A DNA stretch of 64,000 bases from Malacoraja senta (taxonomy: Eukaryota), in assembly GCA_038087875.1 (NCBI GenBank), contig JAXLNO010005141.1:1-64000 (forward strand), given 5' to 3'. The notes under the pieces were generated by a model. That model saw only the letters and a list, made by a program, of their open reading frames with translations. It had not been told where the DNA came from and searched no databases. Position 1 is the stretch's first letter; every line of letters begins with the position of its first letter. Shown piece after piece: positions 62,091 to 64,000 of this stretch. The position numbers and the translations under genes are program-made.

Positions 62091-62451
62091 CTGTAAATAT
62101 TTTAAAATGTGAATTTCTGCTGTTTAATCATGGATTTATCACTAACACCATATTGCACCACTAAACAATAATTGAAGATATTATCTGATGCCTTTCCTTA
62201 GCTTCTGAAATGAAATAAAGATTACATGAGATCAAAATATTATAATCCATTCATGTGTATTCTATAATTTATATCAATGTTTCTCACTTCTCTCATTAGC
62301 TAAGAAGCGATTAAGTGCTCATTTTAAGTAGTTAAATTCACCTGCTTGACAGAGCCTAAATAGCTAAACTGACCATTCTGATTCAGACAGTGCAACTGTG
62401 TTATCTTAGTCAAAATGACATTCCTGGATAACAATCTTCAATTCTACTTAC

Positions 62452-62568
62452 CGTAAACGGAGTGGCACTTCGAAAAGAAAAGTTTCTCCTCGGTTAGCAA
62501 AAGAAGACAACTGTAGATTGACCAGACTAAGATCTCATCTGCACTGGAGAGTCGTTCAAACAGAAATT
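62452..62568 (-). CDS. MEI1: MEI1 coding exon, 117 nt, phase 1-1: [39 protein letters not shown]
   Basis: ttttcttcatag acceptor, GTAAGT donor; resembles human EFLFEHLSSSSEVLVWS..LFFSKCHTVY. Confidence 0.93.
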
Positions 62569-63004
62569 CTATGAAGAAAATAAAAGGCAGAATATTCACA
62601 TTCAACAAGCAATCTCAGTACAAAGACTGATTTATAATCCAGAGGAAATTGAGTTTGAGGGTAATCTGCAAGAACTTCAATTGTTATCTGATGACATGAA
62701 GGATGATAATCAAAGGTGTTGCTCCCTACATTCTATGATGCCAGTCCATCACCTTTCATCTCAATTAATTGGCTACAACTTCTTGTAATTCTCAGTTGCT
62801 ACTATTAACATTGTAATTCTGCTTCTATTAACATTGATTCCAATTTTATAACACAAGTCTGTGCCTTAAAGTAGACTCTTCAAACATCAAGCACTTTATG
62901 AAAAAAAGTTTTTGTCACATAAGTTTACAATCCCATATTTTTTTGGAGGCAGTTAAAAGGAATACAGGTGAGAGGGGCAGGTATCCCAAATATTGATATC
63001 AATA

Positions 63005-63800
63005 TTATTTTACTGTTGTCACGTGCACCGAAGTAAAATGAAAAACTTGATGTCCTGGCAAATAATTTTGTTCATGAATATATGTCTATGATTTGCCTGG
63101 ATACAAAAGAGAAGGTAAAAAGAGTGCAGAACATAATGTCACAGAGAAAGAGAAAGTGCAAATATAAAAAAGTGCAAGGCTACAAAAAGGTAGATTGGAA
63201 AATTGGGAATTCGTCTTTAGCATGAGAGGGCTATTCTAGAGTCTGGAGGACAGCGAGGAGGAACCCATTCTTCAATCTGATGGTATCTGCTCTCAAGCAT
63301 TTGTACCTTCTCCCCCAGGAGGAGAAGAGATAGTGATTGAATACAAGTGCTCCTTTATCATGCTGGCTGCTTCCTCAAGGCAGCCTGATGTATAGGTGGA
63401 GTCGAGGGATGAGTGGAGGGTGATGGGGACAGAAGGCTGTCTTGCATGCTGGACTGGGCAGCATTTACAACTCTCTGCAATTTCTTGCAGTATTTGGCAG
63501 AGCAGTTACTGTGCCAAGCTGCATTATATCCGGATAAGATGCTTTCTGTAGAGAATCTATAGAAATTTGTGAGTTGTTGGAGACATGCCAAATTTAATTA
63601 TCCTGAGGAAGTAGACATAGGTATGCTTTCTTGGCTATAACATGAATGTGGTGATAATTATACCTACAGACTTGAAGTTCTTGACCTCCTCCCCAGCACC
63701 ACTGATATAGATTTAGATGTGTACATCACTTCCACTGTGCTTCCAGAAGTCAGACTAGCTCCTTTGTTTTGCTGACATTGAGGGAGATTGTCTTGACACC
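63005..63800 (-). mobile_element. Degenerate Rex1/Babar LINE 3' fragment
   Basis: LTNFYRFSTESILSG..KKLQRVVNAAQ. Confidence 0.78.
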
Positions 63801-64000
63801 ATGCTATTAAACTATCACCTTCCAATACTACACCACGCTATTACGCTCTAAATCCTTCTTATACTCTGCAAGATATAGGTTCCTTGGGCATTCTGGTGAA
63901 ATTAAATGCAGGCAAGCTTCAAAGACAAGTCTTGTGTATTCCATGTGCAAAGGCAGCATCAAAATATATTATAAAAAATAGTTGCACATTTTTAATAAAT

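Larger units (their letters stand above)
19199..62568 (-). other. MEI1: MEI1 gene span (3' ~950 codons, 23 coding exons in window; 5' exons outside window)
   Basis: 23 minus-strand exons splice GT-AG into one uninterrupted frame. Peptides match recalled human MEI1 motifs (EFLFEHLSS, GIEAVVRSL, RLAIEFQ..FSEFLLSACDSLCIPMVM, HPLLLRFFLLYPEL, SQPWNRFLLFTL). Confidence 0.95.

Overview
Vertebrate genomic DNA, AT-rich and repeat-dense. The repeat repertoire (CR1 with (ATTGTCT)n/(ATGTTTCT)n tails, V-SINE/HE1-like and Deu/SacSINE-like SINEs, Penelope-derived palindromic elements, Rex1/Babar, L2) points to a cartilaginous fish, probably a skate or ray (inference). The single host gene I can support is MEI1 (meiotic double-strand break formation protein 1) on the minus strand. 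I reconstructed 23 coding exons from 62568 down to the stop codon at 19199 (2855 nt, about 950 aa). Every junction is GT-AG and phase-compatible. The 5' exons lie beyond the right edge of the window. The last intron (19257-21856) has a U12-type donor and branch site. Protein identity rests on my recollection of the human MEI1 sequence, not on a search. Nearly all other ORF-track entries are transposon fragments or chance ORFs. Highlights: (1) a 215-bp HERO/NeSL-like retroelement 3' end at 7422-7636 carrying hammerhead-ribozyme core segments in a scrambled, pseudoknotted order; (2) Penelope-derived elements with minimal hammerhead motifs, one apparently co-inserted with an inverted copy of nearby unique DNA between target-site duplications (TSDs); (3) a bipartite RTE-derived element with a structured 5' leader; (4) a PIF/Harbinger MITE family plus a Harbinger transposase fossil. 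Repeat boundaries are approximate unless TSDs are given.
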